DNA from: Macrostomum lignano
Lineage: Eukaryota
Length of the DNA: 64,000 nucleotides
Assembly: GCA_002269645.1 (NCBI GenBank)
Contig: NIVC01001888.1
Span: 136,021-200,020 of the forward strand
Direction: 5' to 3'
Shown here: positions 35,776 to 46,700 of the stretch, piece by piece
How the letters are laid out: each line of letters opens with the position of its first letter
Numbering within the stretch: position 1 is the first letter of the stretch
The notes under the pieces: model-generated
What the model saw: the letters and a program-made list of their open reading frames with translations, nothing else
What the model was told of the DNA's origin: nothing
The model's database searches: none
Made by a program: the position numbers and the translations under genes

Positions 35776-38010
35776 CATTCTCCTATTTCCTCTTCTCTCT
35801 CCCTGTCTCTCCTCTCTCCTCTAGTCTCTGTAATCTCTTCTCTCCCATCTTTCTTCTCCTCTCTACTCTCTCCCCTCCATTCTCCTCTTTTCTCTCCTCT
35901 CGCCTCACTCACTTCTCTCTCCCTTTGTCTCTCCTCTCGTCTCTGTAATCTCTTCTCTCTTATCTCTCTTCTGTTCTCTCTATTCTCCCATCTCTCGTCT
36001 GTTCATTTTCGTCTCTGCTCTCAGCTCATCCCCCTCTTTCATCTGTCATCTTTACTGTCTTAATGTTCTCTCATTTTGTCCTCTGTACTCTTTTCTTTCA
36101 CCTCTTTTGTCTCCTCACTTTCCTTTCTCCTTTCTTCTCTTCTCTTCTCTTCCCTCTTCTATATACTCTCTCCATCTCTTGTCTCGTCTCTTCTCTCTCC
36201 ACTCTCCTCCTTTATCTCTCATCTCTCATTTCTCATCTCTCCTTACACCTCTCTCATCTGTACAACTTTATCTCTTCTCTCTTCCATTCTTTCTCTTATC
36301 TCTCCTTTCTCCTCTTTACTAACTCCTCTCTACTCGCTCCTCTACACTCTCCTCTCCACTCGCTACTCTACTGTCTACTCTCTCCTATCTACTCTACTGT
36401 CTACTCTCTCCTATCTACTCGCTCCTCTACTCGCTCCTCTACTCTCTCCTCTCTACTCGCCCCTCTACTCGCTCTTCTACTCTCTCCTCTTTACTCGCTC
36501 CTCTCTACTCTTTCCTCTCCACTCGCTACTCTACTCTCTACTCTCTCCTCTCTACTCGCTACTCTACTCTCTCCTCTCTACTCGCTCCTCTCTACTCTTT
36601 CCTCTCTACTCGCTCCTCTACTCTCTCCTCTACTCTCTCCTCTCTACTCGCTCCTCTACTCTCTCCTCTCTACTCTCTCCTCTCATCGTCCTCACTCCCT
36701 CATCTCTCCTATTATCTTTTATCTTTTCTCTTATTCCCTCTCTCACCTCTCCTCTCTTTTCGAATAGTCTATTCCTTCTTCTCCCCACTCTCAACTGCCC
36801 CTCAGCCATAAGCTGGATTCTTTTCTGGACTTAGAGGTAAAAGTCTGCCCATTCCTGCTTGGAAAGCCAGTTTGTGGGACGTAGTACTCTCATGGCTGTT
36901 CTCATGCTTTGATCATGTCATCTTTCTTGCCAATTTGCAAGCCCTGAAAAGAATTTTTGTATCTTCAGCTCCACTGCAGTCTGCATCAGTCTAACAACCA
37001 AGGAAATACGCATTTCTTAGGAGGCCATTTAAAATTTACACAGTACCTTTAAAAGAAACCTAAAATTTCCATGGTGTGCCTAATTTAGTAGGGTTATATT
37101 GCATTGCATCGCATCGCCTTTTCATAAATCTTTCGCTTTTACAAACCATGCTGGATTCCCTCGATTTGCCAATTGCCATCCAGTGTTAAACTGCTGCAGA
37201 GTTTGCCAATACAGAGGGGAGGGCAGTGGTTAGAATTTCTCACTAAACTGTTATGGCTAAACGTAGCCTCTCCACTCTCGGGGTGCAGAGAAGGTTATAA
37301 ATAAAGCTATTCCAAAACACTGTACATTCGCTATGTACATTGAGCCCTATCGCCTGACCCTTCGTCTGGACTGCGGGAATGAGTGAGTTGAGCGCCACAA
37401 ACAACAGAAAAAGCAGACAAACTTCACATGCTTACAGTTTCTGTTCTGATTGAGTTACAGAGTTAAGACTTAACATTTAGACAGAGAATGAGTCAATGAA
37501 GAATTGTGTCAAGTTTGAAGTCAATCGCTTCACGTGGAGCAAACTTATGGCAGCCGAAAGTTAGTCATTTTAAACCCCTTTTTCACATCTGGGCCCAGAT
37601 CGGGAAAGAGAGGCAGGCGGGCGGAGGTTGGGGTGGCTGCCTCGCTGAAAAAACAGCCTAACTTTAAAAGTGCACAGCGGCTTTCAGGAGTAACTTTAAG
37701 ATTTGAAATTTTACACGATTGTGTCAAAATAGTTGAAAATTGCCTGTGTCAAATTTGAAGAGAATCGGTAGAAGTGGAGCGGCGCTATGGAGGATTTAGT
37801 GAAAAAATCGCGCATTTTGAGCAGTTTTTTGTACTTTTAGGTAGGAAGACTTGAGTCTAGGAAATTAAAAGGTAGCCTAAGACATTCTCCGTAGTAAGTT
37901 TAGGGTGGGTGTAAAGTTTGGTGTAATTTGGTTGAGCGGTTTGGGAGTCCATAGCGAAGTAATTTGTCCACAGACAGACAGACAGAGTTTTGGTTTTTAT
38001 AGGTAGAGAT
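34965..38010 (+). mobile_element. Possible Helentron-associated (HINE/DINE-like) element nested in the hAT element
   Basis: Repeated caa(a/g)tttgaag..aatcg modules and a 3' end ...cacagacagacagacagag...ttttataggtagagat. Family assignment is by resemblance only. Confidence 0.4.
35270..36790. repeat. 1.5-kb polypyrimidine (CT-rich) low-complexity tract
   Basis: Almost only C/T on the + strand, including pure (CT)n at about 35700-35770. Confidence 0.95.
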
Positions 38011-38616
38011 TATTCTAAAACCCGTGCACAGAGTCCAAAGCAATAGAGGCCAATTCCTCATTGTTTCCTATCATAGTACTATAGCTTGCCAAACGGGAGT
38101 CAAATCATTGTTAATTTGAACTCTTAAACCCAGCTAAAATCAAGGGGTGTCAAGTCTTAACTTGTGCAGATCAAAAGCCCCTTTTTAAAGTGCAAAAGTA
38201 TATGTATTTTAAGCAGTCCTTACCTTCAAAACTCCTTGACCATAGTTAGGATTAAAATAGTAGGACCTTGCTATCTAACTATAACCCAATATACCAATTT
38301 ACTATCTAGGATAGGTGCCCTTAGGAGGGTGAAGTCTGATCCTCTTCTACCCTGATATCAGTACCTTAGGTCATAGCTGCTCTATAAGCTATTATTTCCA
38401 AGGCTATATTACAATCAAGTGCAATTTTCCTGAGCTGATACTAGCATGTAAAAAAGCACATCTATTATGCTAGCCTATACATTAGACTCAAATTCAGAGC
38501 TCACTGTCAGTTTCTTGTTAGCAAAATATTTTGTTCTATTCTACTTTTATCATTAAAAGCCCTTTAAAATTAGTCTAGATAGCTTTATAAACCAAAGTTG
38601 CACCAACAAAGAATAT

Positions 38617-39335
38617 AAACTTTTTGGCATTCTTCTCAAATAGTTTATTAAACTATTTTTATGTTTTTCACATTTTCTCTACTTTTTTAGAAGCTGATTT
38701 TAGCATGTTTGGACATCTCCTAAGCTATTAAAACAGTAAAATTAACAACTTTTTAAAGTAATTTTTCTGTCTTTAGACTAGAGCAGGGCAAAAAAGAAAT
38801 GAAGGGCCTAGGCTACAAGTTAAACTTGTATTTATACTAAAAAAGCAAATAGGTCAGCTTATATATCTATGGTAAATTAATGGCTAGGATTGTCTGTGGG
38901 GAAGAGCATGGTAGACAAAGGGAGTTGGCTAAATTGCAAAACATAAAGTACAAATCCAACATGTGTTGTCTAACATGATACTAATGCTTGTTGGGAAGTG
39001 TCTATGGTCTAAAGGGATGAGTTGGTTAGAGGGGGGGAGTCTAAACACTTAGACTTATGTTCTTATTGCTAATTAGTTTTTGCTAAGACCATTAACCAAC
39101 TATTAAATCTATAATACCATGCCAGGAGGCTGCCTTCAAATTGTTAGGAATCGTTAAGAATTGGTAAAGGCAAAAAAAGTGCTTAAAAACAAAGTTGTTG
39201 ATTTTACTATTTTAATAGCTTGGGAGATGTTCAAACATGCTAAAATCAGCTTCCAAAGTAGAGAATATTAAGTAGAGAAAGTAGAGAATAGTAGAGAAAT
39301 ATTAACAAATGATTTGAGAAAAATGCCAAACTTTT
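38617..39335. mobile_element. Degenerate TIR element nested in the hAT element
   Basis: 38617-38790 and 39160-39335 are imperfect inverted copies (agctgattttagcatgtttg / caaacatgctaaaatcagct). Confidence 0.6.
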
Positions 39336-41478
39336 TTTAATCTTAAGATCTTAGGATCCAGGCCCAATTCATCAGGATCCTAGGATTGGCAAAGTCTAGG
39401 ATATCCCAATCCTAAGAGTCCCAGGATTGGTGAAACTTTGGATTTTGTATTTCCTATTGGAAATCTTCAAGAAATTGGATAGAAATGCTAAGCAAAATTT
39501 CTGGGAAGAATAGAACTTTATCAATGAGCATTTTAGGAAAAATTTAAGTAATTAGCTTTAAATTTAGTTAGATTAGGCCCCTCTGATCAAATCAACTATA
39601 GATATATAAGATTTATTACCAAATTTGTCTAGATTAGGCCTATTATCAAATTTGCTTTTGCCAAATTTATCTATATTAAATTTCTGTCAACAAATTAGTT
39701 TGTCCTCAATTTGGTTAGCATTCAATAATTTACACATTGTAAAAGTTTCAATAACCAAAAACCATGACAAATATAGTATTAAGACAGACAAACATTGCGT
39801 CAGTTTTAGTATTAGGAGATACCTTTTTTCAGTTTTTGCCAACCAAGTCCAAGGCATCAAATCTATAAAGTTTGTGAACAATCTGTAATAAAAAACAGAA
39901 AATACAATATTTAGGCATTTTGGAAAATAGTCCTTAATTTTTACAAAGAAATCCACAATGTAGAAAAATCCTTGGTGGTAATCTTTTGGTTTGCCACAAA
40001 AAATTATTTTAATGTGTGTTATATCATATCATATATCATATTATAGCATAGGCCTAAAAATAATTGAAAGCAGGAAACCAAAAGATTGCCAAATCTTCAA
40101 CCCAAATCTATAGGTAGGGGGCCCTATATGGGAATACAATCCATTTCGGTAACGGCCACTTCGGTAACAAATCAGATTTACGACTGTCAACACTTTATTT
40201 TTATGATAATTAAGTTTAGCAATAAGTAGTTTTAATAACTAACATCTCAAATATCTTATTGCACATATCGTTAAACTTTTTAGGTAAACTGTATTATACT
40301 TTGTTTAAACTTGTGCGGTAACTTTGGAAACATTTACAGGCAAAGAAAATGAGGGCCTAACTGTTCGCAAATTAATTTATATGAATTATTATAGGGCCTA
40401 GTTTATGCCTATAATAATTTCATCTTATTATTCTAAAATCTTAGTTCATCAGTGTGCATCAGGATATGTGATCCTTAGATTCAGTTTCTAGTTCATATGA
40501 CTTAAAATCTCCACCTAGTTCTAGGTCGATTAAAATCGCTTTTCTTTATGCCATACTTCTACTCTACTTTAAATCTCATTTATAGATTTAGAGCAATCTC
40601 AAGACCCAAGTGAAATTGTAACAGTTTAATTTAAATGTAATTTTTTATGGCTAGTCCTAATAAAAAACATTATTATAATTTGCTTTTATTTCTTCTAGTT
40701 TGTAATTTAGTGAAATCTACATTTTGTATATCACATGTACAATCAGGTAAGTTATTATAAATTATTTTCTTTAAGCCTACTTAGGCCCAATGGCAATAGC
40801 CTAATACTTTTATTATATAGTAGGTCTAGTTACCAATCACATAAAGAGACCCTAATATAACTGTAGACCTAGTACTCCTAATTCATATTCTCTGGTTTTC
40901 TTTTCACTTTCCTATTCTTATCTATCTTTTGTATAATATATTTATTTCATATTTATTTCTTTTACTAGTTAGATATAAAAAATCATATAGGGCCTAATCA
41001 ATTAGGTATTTCTTTGATTAAGCCTAGGCTTATATTTGGATTGGGCCTAGATCTTTTTCATATTTCTAGGCTATTCTTTCCAAAATTGTTAGGTCTAGAT
41101 ATAGTTTTTCTAAAAGAACCAAGAAAATAATTTTTCTATTTGCTTTTAAAATAATGCTATTTAGTATTTGCTAAAAAAATTCTTATAGCCTATATAGTAA
41201 TAAATTTCTATTTCTAGCTAGGCCCTATAATTTTTGTCAAAATAATGTAGAAAAGACTTCAAAAAATATCAATCAGCCTATCTAGCACTAGCAAGGCCTA
41301 CGTTTTGGTGATTCTTCGGTTTCCCACTCTAAATTATTTTAACATTAGATATTATTATACTATAAAACAAGTTTGAATAGCACAACAGAGGTGAGCATAA
41401 CAAAAAAATAAAAATATATAATATAAGAAGCTATAGTCAGTTACTCAGTCAGTGGCACTACAGTAGATAGTAGTGACT

Positions 41479-41744
41479 CATACATGCGCAACAGTCGGCT
41501 GAGTCGGCCAATCCAGCCGACCGATTTGGTGGCCAGCCAAGGAAGTTGCAAAAATGCCCACCCAAAAAAAATAATCAAGTAGTAGTACTAAGTAGCTGAT
41601 GAGGCATTTTGGCTTAATAAGACAGTCATAGGCTAGTTACTTTTGCCGTTTACCCAAAGTTGCATTAATTTTGCTTTAGGGTTTTTTTACATGTAAGTTG
41701 CATTTTTGGCCAAAAACTATGTCACATTTGGTTGCGCATGTATG
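41479..41744. mobile_element. hAT-type MITE
   Basis: Perfect 14-bp TIR CATACATGCGCAAC and 8-bp TSD TAGTGACT (41471-41478, 41745-41752). Confidence 0.92.
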
Positions 41745-43574
41745 TAGTGACTAATCAAAATCAAAACCATTCACTTTAGAATCAGGATCATTCACTTCAG
41801 GATTGGGAAAATTCACTTCAGGGTCGGGATAATTCCCTTAGGATTGGGTTCATTCACTTTAGAATCAAAATCATTTGCTTCAGAATTGGGATCATTAACT
41901 TCAGAATTGGAATGGATCATTTTAGAATTATTTTAGAATTGCCATTCAAACCCTTTATAATATAATATCACATTAAAATAATTTCAAGTGGGAAACCGAA
42001 GGATCGCTCATATTCTATCTCAGCATATTCCAGCCTTTTTACTATAGCCATTATAGGAATCACCTAGCTGTTTCTATTGGCAATATACACATAAGTTGCT
42101 ATTGGCTAAGACTAAATTTTGTCTTATAGCAAATTACTTGTGTTGCTAATAGGAAATAGCTGGGTAAATCACTAAGTAGTAGGTTGTGCCCAAGTATAAA
42201 GCATCTATATTGACAGATTTTGCTATAATTTTTAATGTCAATATTAACCACAGAAATTAAAATAACTAAATAGGCTATCTAGGTATATATACTTGGTAAA
42301 ACAGCTTTCTACTTTTTGTTCAGTAGCAATGAAGAATACATAAGCTTTTAAAAGCATAAAGAAAACTGAGATGACTTTGATAAAATTTGAAAATAAACTT
42401 TCAGATATAAACAGCTTGCTAATTGGTTTAGCCATAATGTACATTAGCCACTGAAATTTAACAAGTAGATTTTTAGATTGGAACAACCAAGGAAGGTAAT
42501 AAAAATTAGGGGTAGCTAGGTAGGGATAAAGATTCTGTATGGTCTCCACCTTAGACACTACCTTAGACTCTAATCCTATACCATTCATGTTAGCTTTGTA
42601 TATACCAGACAAAGTCAAATTTTGAAAGGTATGTTTGTATTTTATGTCAGTTTTGATTTTTAATCTAAGGTATAAATGTATATTAAAATTGTCCAGATAC
42701 AACTTTTTGGTCAAGGCCTGTATTTTTCTACATAAGCAGCTACAATGAGGTGCAAAAGTCAGAGACTATGCCTATAATTGTTCCAAAGCTGGCTGGCAAC
42801 TTGTCTGTTAACTTGCAAGTGGATGATGGTTGTCCTATTTATCCAATGGATGTGTAAGTATGTTTTCATTTTTTCAATATTTTTGCATGTGGAAATAGTT
42901 TTTTCTTTTGAACAAAATTTTATGTATAGGCTTGTGCATGTTGATTTTGGGTCACTCACTATAAATTATATTTTATTCATTGTCTTTTAGATATTTTCTA
43001 CTACTATTGTGCAGTAGTAGACTATTGGACTATTAACTCTATGTTAAAGTCATATAGGTAATCTTCACCTTGCATTGGTATCAGATGTGCTTGCTCTAGC
43101 ATCTATCAACATGCTGCAAATCAAAAAAATTAATTCTTTCATTTTGATTTCTGAAAGATTTTATGGCGATGGTTTTTAATGTGACTTTTTGCATATTGAT
43201 TAAATTAAATATAGCCAAATTGCTGTGCTAAAGAACAGGTTAGTTAGTTGCGCATATTGGTATTGGTTTGTATTTGAAGTTGTTTTTTGTCTAGGTGCCA
43301 TTCTGCCAAAGGTGACAAGTGCACGGGGATTTTTTCTAAACTGTTTGTTTTTTTTTACCAATTATGTACTATAGAGTAGCTTATTTCAGAATAATCCTAC
43401 TACAGAGTAGCCTACTACAGAGTAACGTACTGCAGAGAAGCCTATTGCAGAGTAACCTACTACAGAGAAACAGCAAGTTCAAATAAGCATCTCAGAGGTC
43501 GTAGTTACAAAAGAGTGTTTCTCTGGATGAGAAAAGGTTTAAATTGTCACGTGACTGGTCTGAACCAATCCCCA

Positions 43575-43770
43575 TCAGCAAGGTCGCAAAAGTGCCCATC
43601 CGGAAAATATACTAATACTAAGTAGATGACGCGGCATTTAGCCCTAATAATGCGGTCATAGTTACTCCTGCCGTTTGCCCAAAATCACGTCAATTTTGGT
43701 TTAGGTTCCTTTCATAGGTAAGTGGCATTTTCGGTCCAAAAGTAAGCCGCACGGCCAGCGTAGATCATGC
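43575..43770. mobile_element. Related MITE-family fragment directly before the first recognisable TMEM8 exon
   Basis: Shares catagttactcctgccgtttRcccaaa and ttcataggtaagt with 12049-12282, but has a different end (tagatcatgcctg). Confidence 0.65.
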
Positions 43771-43784
43771 CTGCATGACCAGCG

Positions 43785-46700
43785 ATGAAGAAAGGTTATC
43801 GGTGTGTCACCCGCAGCTTGATCAGCAGCCAGCACGGCGCCGTTCCCTGGCTAAACGAGTCAGCCTGGTCGCCAGATCTGCTGATCCTTCGCCGACAGAG
43901 ATTCGCTATTCGATTGGACAAATCCTCTACTCGCGCCCGGGCTATGTTCGATACCGTGGGCGGCGGGCTGTTCTACTTTACCGTTATTAGCATGGAGCCC
44001 GAGCAGTCCAAGCTGCAGAAACTGGTAGGTAGGGCTGAAGACTAGGAACTCAATTTCTTAGAAACGCTCTTGAAATCCACCTCTCAGAGTCTATCAACTT
44101 TTAGTTAAAACAATTTTGCTAGGGACTTTAAAGGTCGCTTTCTTGGACAATCTCTTTGCTCATGGAGATGTGTATCTAATTATCAGAAGTTCCAGCTTTC
44201 ATATGCTTCGAAAACATCGTGTTCTCCAGTCAATTTTATAAAATAGTGAATAAGAAAATTACTAAAAAGTACATTCCTAAAAACCATCCGACAAGCATAT
44301 TCCTAGACAGCGTTGTATAGGCATTTTCCTTAAAATCATTCGATAAAGGTATCCCATTTTGCTAGAAACTCTGGCATGACTTAAAGCACATTCCTAGAAA
44401 ATCTGATAAGCATATTCCTAGAAACCTCCCGATAAGCATATTCCTAGAAACCTTCCGATAAGCATATTCCTAGAAACCTCCCAATAAGCATATTCCTAGA
44501 AACCTCCCGATAAGCATATTCCTTGAAACCTCCCGATAAGCATATTCCTAGAAACCTCCCAATAAGCATATTCCTAGAAACCTCCCAATAAGCATATTCC
44601 TAGAAACCTCCCAATAAGCATATTCCTTGAAACCTCCCGATAAGCATATTCCTTGAAACCTCCCGATAAGCATATTCCTAGAAACCTCCCAATAAGCATA
44701 TTCCTAGAAACCTCCCGATAAGCATATTCCTTGAAACCTCCCGATAAGCATATTCCTTGAAACCTCCCGATATCCCGATAAGCACATTCCTAGAAACCCT
44801 CGGATAAGCACATTCTTAAAAACCCTGCCTGCGGCCACGCCTCCCCTGAAGAGAGAATTCGGTCGATACAATATGCCCTGAAAACTACTGATTTCCCATG
44901 AATCCATGACCCAGCAGAAGTCCAAAAAAGCAATCCTAGAAATCCTATCGCATTGTCTGCACAGTGTACAGGTATGCAAAATATTAGTGACTTTAGTTGA
45001 TATCGGTATAGAATGAAACTAATCCATTCTGCCAGAGCCTCAGAAGTTGGCCTTTCATGGCTGAGTATCGCCTCAGGCCAATCGCACGGAATCGAACCAA
45101 CTATACATGCATACATTTTTCGCAAGAGGCAGCTGCTCAGCCTCTCAATTGCTTCATCAGTTGTTTATTATTAAAGTGCAGCCGAGCTCTGGCAGCCCGT
45201 CTCTATTCTGTCCAGCTCTCGGCCTGCCCAGGACAGTGCGGGACTCACATATAGGCTGATTTTGGATTTCACACGGTTTATCTGTGCACTGCGGCTGCCT
45301 GGCTTTTTTATTGCATTTTGCACTTGGTGACCGACACTTCAGCATTTCACTGCTGAGATTTGTCAACTCGAAAGCTCAGCTTCTTTGTTCTCTATCAGAT
45401 CCCAGCTCAGATCATGCAGACTCCGCTCAATAAACGCTTGTTTTCTCATGCTTCGAGAAAGCGCTAAACTATCAAAAAAATGCAGCTGGCTGGCAGCCCA
45501 GCCTCCGCCCGTCATCTCTGAGCACAGAAGCGAAGGTGCAGTGAGGGGGCAGGCAGGGTGCTAAAGCACAATGCAGAGTCTCCATTGTGCAAGGCTGGGG
45601 CTGCAACTCTTTCGGGAGCAGCTGCCACTGCAGCCTCAGACAGCTCAGCTTTGCGCTGGTCATCTCAGCAGCCTCATCGCTAAATGAATCTCCAAGCTTC
45701 ATCTGGAACGGCCCCACCCAGCTCAGCACTCGCAGTGCGACAGTCTGGCGTCATAAAAGCCCGCAAAGAGAAAACTACTCGAGTTCGCAATCACCCCATA
45801 CTGGCCTCTCGAACCACCCAACCCCCGCAACTCCTGCCTGAGATAATAAATAAGTCTAGCTAGAATGCAGCTCCATTCAGCTCACTACTCAAAACAGACC
45901 GAGTACAGCACTGCTGGTTGCCCCCGGAGTCTGCCAAACTGCAGGGAGGCTGACAGAGCGGTGAGCTGGCCTGAGAATAGCGAGCGAGCAGAGATACAGA
46001 GAGGTTAAGCTGGCCTCTCTAACCACCCGCTGCCTACAGCTCGACTGCGTTTTGTCTTAAAAAGCCATTGTGACCATGCTCGCATATCATAATTCGATGG
46101 CTCTCAGGCCATTCAGTGCGTGCTCAAGCCTGTCTGTTGCTGCTGGCTGCAGGTGGCAGGAATGCAAAATGCAGCGAATTGCTGCGGCCGAGAGCTGGAC
46201 AGAGTGGAGACGGGCTGCCGGAGCTCGGCTGCACTTTAATAGTAAACAACTGATGAAGCAATTGAGAGGCTGAGCAGCTGCCTCTTGCGAAAAATGTATG
46301 CATGTATAGTTGGTTCGATTCCGTGCGATTGGCCTGAGGCGATACTCAGCCATGAAAGGCCAACTTCTGAGGCTCTGGCAGAATGGATTAGTTTCATTCT
46401 ATACCGATATCAACTAAAGTCACTAATATTTTGCATACCTGTACACTGTGCAGACAATGCGATAGGATTTCTAGGATTGCTTTTTTGGACTTCTGCTGGG
46501 TCATGGATTCATGGGAAATCAGTAGTTTTCAGGGCATATTGTATCGACCGAATTCTCTCTTCAGGGGAGGCGTGGGCCTGATATAAGGAAATTCCTAGAA
46601 AACCTGGTATAAGCACATTCCTAGAAACCCTCCGGTAAGTAACTCCTAGAAACCCTCGGATAAGTACATTCCTAGAAACCCTCGGATAAGTACATTCCTA

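Larger units (their letters stand above)
34591..39456. mobile_element. Old non-autonomous hAT-type element (4.87 kb) with nested insertions
   Basis: TAGGGAATA.../...TATTTCCTA ends, subterminal atccYggga repeats, and a perfect 8-bp TSD TTGGAAAT (34583-34590, 39457-39464). Confidence 0.8.

Noticed and set aside
35137-36834. Leu/Ser-rich multi-pass membrane protein ORFs
   Set aside because: A CT-only tract can hardly contain stop codons, so this is a compositional artefact.
42244-42990. AT-rich ORFs of 66-156 aa (similarly 39625-39956)
   Set aside because: No recognisable motifs, they overlap decayed repeats, and their composition is unlike the real genes here.
46248-46320. Hammerhead-ribozyme-like core (CTGATGA...stem...GAAA)
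   Set aside because: Stem II forms, but I could not build stems I and III with a valid NUH cleavage triplet.
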